NCBI GenBank assembly: GCA_951406725.2
Contig: OX597818.1
Location: forward strand, 90,830,001 to 90,894,000
DNA length: 64,000 nucleotides
Reading direction: 5' to 3'
DNA from: Octopus vulgaris
Taxonomy: Eukaryota
Part shown: positions 59,073 to 64,000 of the stretch, in pieces
Layout: every line of letters starts with the position of its first letter
How positions within the stretch are numbered: position 1 is the first letter of the stretch
Translations under genes and position numbers: made by a program
Notes under the pieces: generated by a model
Seen by the model: only the letters and a program-made list of their open reading frames with translations
What the model was told of the DNA's origin: nothing
The model's database searches: none

Positions 59073-59074
<2 letters not shown>
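58887..59074. mobile_element. Small Tc1/mariner-type MITE
   Basis: TA|CAGGGTTGGC ... GTCAACCCTG inverted ends. Confidence 0.6.
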
Positions 59075-59129
<55 letters not shown>

Positions 59130-59825
59130 ATATTTCGGAATGGTCATTTTGACAGTTTAGCCAATAAAAGCACACTCACTATATATTTGGTGTTACTTTG
59201 CTTCAGTGTTATTTATTATTTACATTAATCTTAATCTTATTTCGGCCAGAGTTCTTTCGTCACACTCCTGTGACCGCATCAGAGAGAGAGAGAGAAAGAG
59301 AGGGAGAGAGAGAGAAGTTTTGCTGTGAGATAAGGAGTTTGGCTACCTTGGTCATATCGATATTTCACGTTTTCTCGGAAGTTTATGAAATTCTTAAGAC
59401 ATATCTACAATTTACGATCATTTACTAAACGATTTTTTCTAAGCAATTCTGAGGAGTGGGAAATGTCAGGTACTTTAATTTACCAGTACAAAACGGTGAA
59501 AGGTGAAGTTGATTACAGGTGGATTTGTCCTTTTTTTTTTCTACATATATTTAGTAAATAGGAAACGCAGTATGTTGTTTTCAGTGCCAACACAAGAAAA
59601 AAAAAAGAAAAGAAAAGAAAAGAAACACTGATTGCAGTGAAATAAAGAAACGGAATGCATGTCAAATAGCATAAATGTGGGCTTCAATAGAAAGAAGCTT
59701 GGAATAACTGGATTGATGGATCTTTGGTTCGCACCTCTTCAAGGTACCAGCTAATCTGTTCTCAATTCATTTCTGAGTTATGAATTGATTGGGGTATAAA
59801 ACATCAAATATCAACAACAACAACA

Positions 59826-59890
<65 letters not shown>

Positions 59891-60017
59891 TACCACCACA
59901 CCGCTGCTTCCGCCGCCACCGCCGCCACCACCGCCACCACCTCTACCACCACCACCACCACCACCACCACCACCACCACCACCACCACCACCACCACCAC
60001 CACCACCATCACCACTA

Positions 60018-60063
<46 letters not shown>

Positions 60064-60071
60064 GCTACTGC

Positions 60072-60105
<34 letters not shown>

Positions 60106-61138
60106 ACTACTACTTCTACTTCTACTGCTATAGTTGACTCTCAGTGCACTCCGTTTGCTACGTAGATTTAAGCGCTCGACACTGCAATACTGAAATCGTG
60201 TCAAACAAAGGAATTACTGTTTTATTGACAGATTTAATGAAAAATGAAAACTGAAACAAGTATTTATTGAAGTGAAGGTAACACATATACATGCCTATGC
60301 ACGTACACGCACACAATTACTAACACGCACATATATTCACATATGTAGATATATACATATATACACATATACACAAACACACACACACACACACATACAC
60401 ACATATATATATATATATATATATACACACAATACACATACTCTCACATACACACACTGAAAGCAAATTTCACACGAGTAAATTTATTCTAAAGAAGAAA
60501 TATATATATATATGTGTGTGTGTGTGTAAAGATAGAGAGAGATAGAGATACATACATACATACATGCGAACAAAACAAAAAATGGAGCAAGAACGTAACA
60601 GGCTACAACAAAACATCCGGACAGTTAGACGATACAGAAAGGGACTTGCTATTCTTTTCTCTCTTTAGTCGAATACCAGATCGTCGTTGCAGTTTCGGCC
60701 GGTTGCACTCGAGACTGATCTAATCTGGCCGCCACCAAGAAAATCTAAGCTAAGAGCACTAGATACTTTTGAAGAAAGCAAGCGACTATATACGAAAACA
60801 AGAACGAAAAGAAAAAACGGACAAGTGGTACACAATTACAAATATAAACAGCAGGTGATTAATAACTTTCGACTAGGGACGAATTAAATTAATCTGGCGT
60901 GTGTAGGAGTGAAGGCTTACAGCAGGAACATAACAGATGAAAGTCATGGGAAGGAATATAAGAGATGCAACACGGATGTCAATCGAACCACGAAAGACAC
61001 ATCAGGCTTGGCGGAATACCGTTCACGTGGAAGAAGAGGAGAGAGGTGGGGGGGGAAGATAGATATATGCATGTATTTGTATATACATTATGTATATATA
61101 GAATATATTACATGAATAGATGCATACATAAACATGCA

Positions 61139-61194
<56 letters not shown>

Positions 61195-61241
61195 GGTATA
61201 CACATACTTATTTATATATGTTTTTTTGTTTTTGTTTTCAG

Positions 61242-61337
61242 AGGCACCGTGTCGCTGTTTGCCATATTTGGAAATCGACAGTGCTACAAAAATACCGGAA
61301 TCGATGGCTATATCTCGATATCTTGCTAGAGAATTCG
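61242..61337 (+). CDS. S-crystallin gene 2, coding exon 2
   Basis: Strong ttttcag acceptor; (K)[31 protein letters not shown](G); GTGAGT donor. Confidence 0.95.
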
Positions 61338-63184
61338 GTGAGTTTTCCATATTACTTTATACTCCACCTAACTCTTAGAACTCAATTCCTATTATTAAAT
61401 AGCTTTTTCAAATAGGTTGTAAATTTGTCACAGTCGCCGCTTAGCTGAAGTTCATACCTTGTATAGCGAAAAAAAGAAAAGAAAAGAAAAACGGAGACAT
61501 TTCAGCTGTAACTAACTCACGTTAATTTCAAACTGAATGCCTCTAGACCTGCGTTATCCAAGGTTTCTTCCATTTTTAATAAAGTTATAAATTGATTGAA
61601 ATTTGGCTGTAATTCTTAATATGCCAAACAACAAAGTACAAGCTTCCTTTCTCAAATATAATTTTTCCAGAAGAAAATTAAACATCATAATTAAATAAAT
61701 TCTGCATGAATGGAAAATGATTCGAATGCTTAAAATATTGGTTTCAAAGTTTGGCAGCTATTTCAAGGAAATTTCATTATTCAGTTGGGACTTATTTTAT
61801 TGATCTCGAAATGACGTCGGCGGAAGTTGAACTCAGAGCGTAAAGACGGACGAAATTCTTAGCGTTTTGTCAGGTGTGCTACAGATTCTACTAGCTCGCC
61901 ACCTTCATTGCTTAAAATACGGTTTCAAATTTTGGTACAAGTTCAACGATTTCAGGAGCAGGTGTAAAATGTTTACATCAACCTCAGCGCTCAACTGATA
62001 GTTGCTTTATCGGTCCCAATAAGATGAAAGCCAATGTCGATTTCGACGGAATTTGGAGTCACAATGCAAAGACAGACGAAATACTGCAAGCATTTTAGCA
62101 GGCGTGCTAAAGATTCTGCCAGCTCGCCGCTTTGAGAGCTTAAAATTTTCAGACGAAATTACTACAGGATGCATTAAATTTACACAAACCATATTTCCTT
62201 CACGGTCAAATACAAGAACCAATTACCAGTTCTTAGGCCGTAGGGCTTGTTATCAGCTGAAGTAGATATTTGAATCACACGATATTACAACCAGTCACGT
62301 AGAATGAAGCATATCGTATTTAGATGGAGACCAGGAGAAGCTGGAAGCTTCTTATCTAACCAGTGATTCTTGTCTCTTGTCATGGAATGGTATGCCTAAT
62401 ATAGTGTTTGTGGAGTTGGTAAATTAGGCAGAAATGTTTGAATGAATAATTGGATTGAATGTCTTGTTTACCGCAATAATGCTTCCATTTATTTCTTGAT
62501 TCCTATGGGAAATGTAAGTTAATTAAAAAACTCTCAATTAACTCTTTAACAACAAATAAAAGGGTTTTAGAATGAGCCAAGGGAAACTGGTATTTAACTA
62601 CAAAACCTGATTTAGAAGTGCAAAGAATATATTATAATTCGTAAATACAATTTACGACAAGACAAAAGAACTCATGCATATATTAACATACTGTTCTGTG
62701 TCTAAACTCCATCGAGGTGAATGAAACATGCAGTATAAGCTGAGATAATAATTAGCTAAACAGTTTTTCTAAATGTTGTTGTTTTTACAGCAGAATCACC
62801 ACCAAATATTCTCTCTCATTTTTCCTGGCTGTCTCGATTATTTTTGTCTGAGTGTGTACATATGTGCATGAGGTTATGAGTGTGCATGCGTGTAGTGTGG
62901 TGTGCGTGTGTGTGTTCAGCCTGGCGTTCACTAGTAAATGTCTATAAAAAGCTATGTATGACGTTTCATAGGCACAAGACACGAATGTATGGAAAATGTA
63001 CATGCGTCAATTACCCCCAAATTTTCGATATTTTGACAGAATATTTTCACTTATATCGATTCAGTGTTTGATACATATTTACGCTATATTACTCCGCAAT
63101 ATTAAACTGCTGTATTAAACTCCTGTCAAACCGTCCGATCCATGCCAGCATGGAAAACGGACGTTAAATGATGATGATGAGGAC

Positions 63185-63238
<54 letters not shown>

Positions 63239-63247
63239 ATAAATATA

Positions 63248-63458
63248 CGAGGTGTTGCTGAAAAGTTCCTGGTTTTAGAGGTGTCACGAAAGGCCTAGTT
63301 CGAGGCCCGACCTTCCGAGTTCTTTTACAGGAATTAGAAAACTGAAGGACTGCTGAAATTTGTGTGTGAATCTGAGAGAGGAATATGGTGAATGAAATAT
63401 CATAATTAATTCCTTATTTTCTTTTACCCACAGTCAGGACCTTTTCAGCACCCCTTCG
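63248..63458. mobile_element. Mariner-derived MITE in intron 2 of gene 2
   Basis: TA|CGAGGTGTTGCTGAAAAGTTCCTG ... CAGGACCTTTTCAGCACCCCTTCG inverted ends. Confidence 0.75.
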
Positions 63459-63622
63459 TGTGTGTGTAAGTGTGCACGTGCGCGCAAGTGTTTATAAAAA
63501 TAAGCATATGTAAAATATTTTAATCAAATCATATGTTCCTAACACTCATGATTAGAAATAGCCGTTGGTCAACTACGACGTCAATATTTAACTCAGCAAC
63601 ACAAAGTTTTGTTTCTTTGCAG

Positions 63623-63738
63623 GATTCCACGGTAGGACGAACATGGATATATTCCGAGTGGATTACATCTGCGACTGTTTTTATGATATCTTCCATGATT
63701 ACATGAGATGGTTTCATGAGAAACACGGACGATTCAGA
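63623..63738 (+). CDS. S-crystallin gene 2, coding exon 3 (gene continues beyond the window)
   Basis: tttctttgcag acceptor; (G)[38 protein letters not shown]; GTAAGT donor, phase 0. Confidence 0.95.
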
Positions 63739-64000
63739 GTAAGTTCTGAGTTTCTAGTTTTATAGATTATCAAAAAGAAACATTTAAATTCGAACTTCTC
63801 TGGTACATACGATGTATATGTTGTAGCTATGTTTCATAGATTCTTTTCAATGAAATATTATTTTATGGATTTGGGGATGTGTGATCCTAATCAGATATGA
63901 TTATTATTCATTCCATAGTCGCAGGAGTGGCTGTGTGGTAAGTAGCTTGTGTACGAACCACATGGTTCTGGGTTCAGTCCGACTGCGTGGCACTTTGGGC

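Overview
Eukaryotic, very microsatellite-rich, AT-rich DNA, most likely from an octopus (inferred from gene content and SINE types). It holds two same-strand S-crystallin (sigma-class GST-derived lens crystallin) genes. One is complete at 15694-26543 (5 clean coding exons, 204 aa); the other is cut off by the window end (3 exons, 55412-63738). The rest is transposon-derived: a decayed Ty3/Gypsy element with its 3' LTR, Tc1/mariner relics and MITEs, Helitron-type elements in (TA)n tracts, a Penelope-like retroelement, LINE remnants and many tRNA-derived SINEs. Nearly all ORFs in the supplied track are microsatellite artefacts. Two observations stand out. (1) A 510-bp tandem-plus-inverted array at 9357-11170 carries a complete type I hammerhead ribozyme in each unit, and its inversion junction lies about 2 nt from the predicted self-cleavage site; further hammerhead-like motifs are scattered through the window. 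(2) In S-crystallin gene 1 the position of the variable loop exon holds a frameshifted 33-bp (11-aa) repeat, so the only clean splice product is a loop-less, GST/SL11-length crystallin. All calls come from manual reading; no database searches or folding programs were run.
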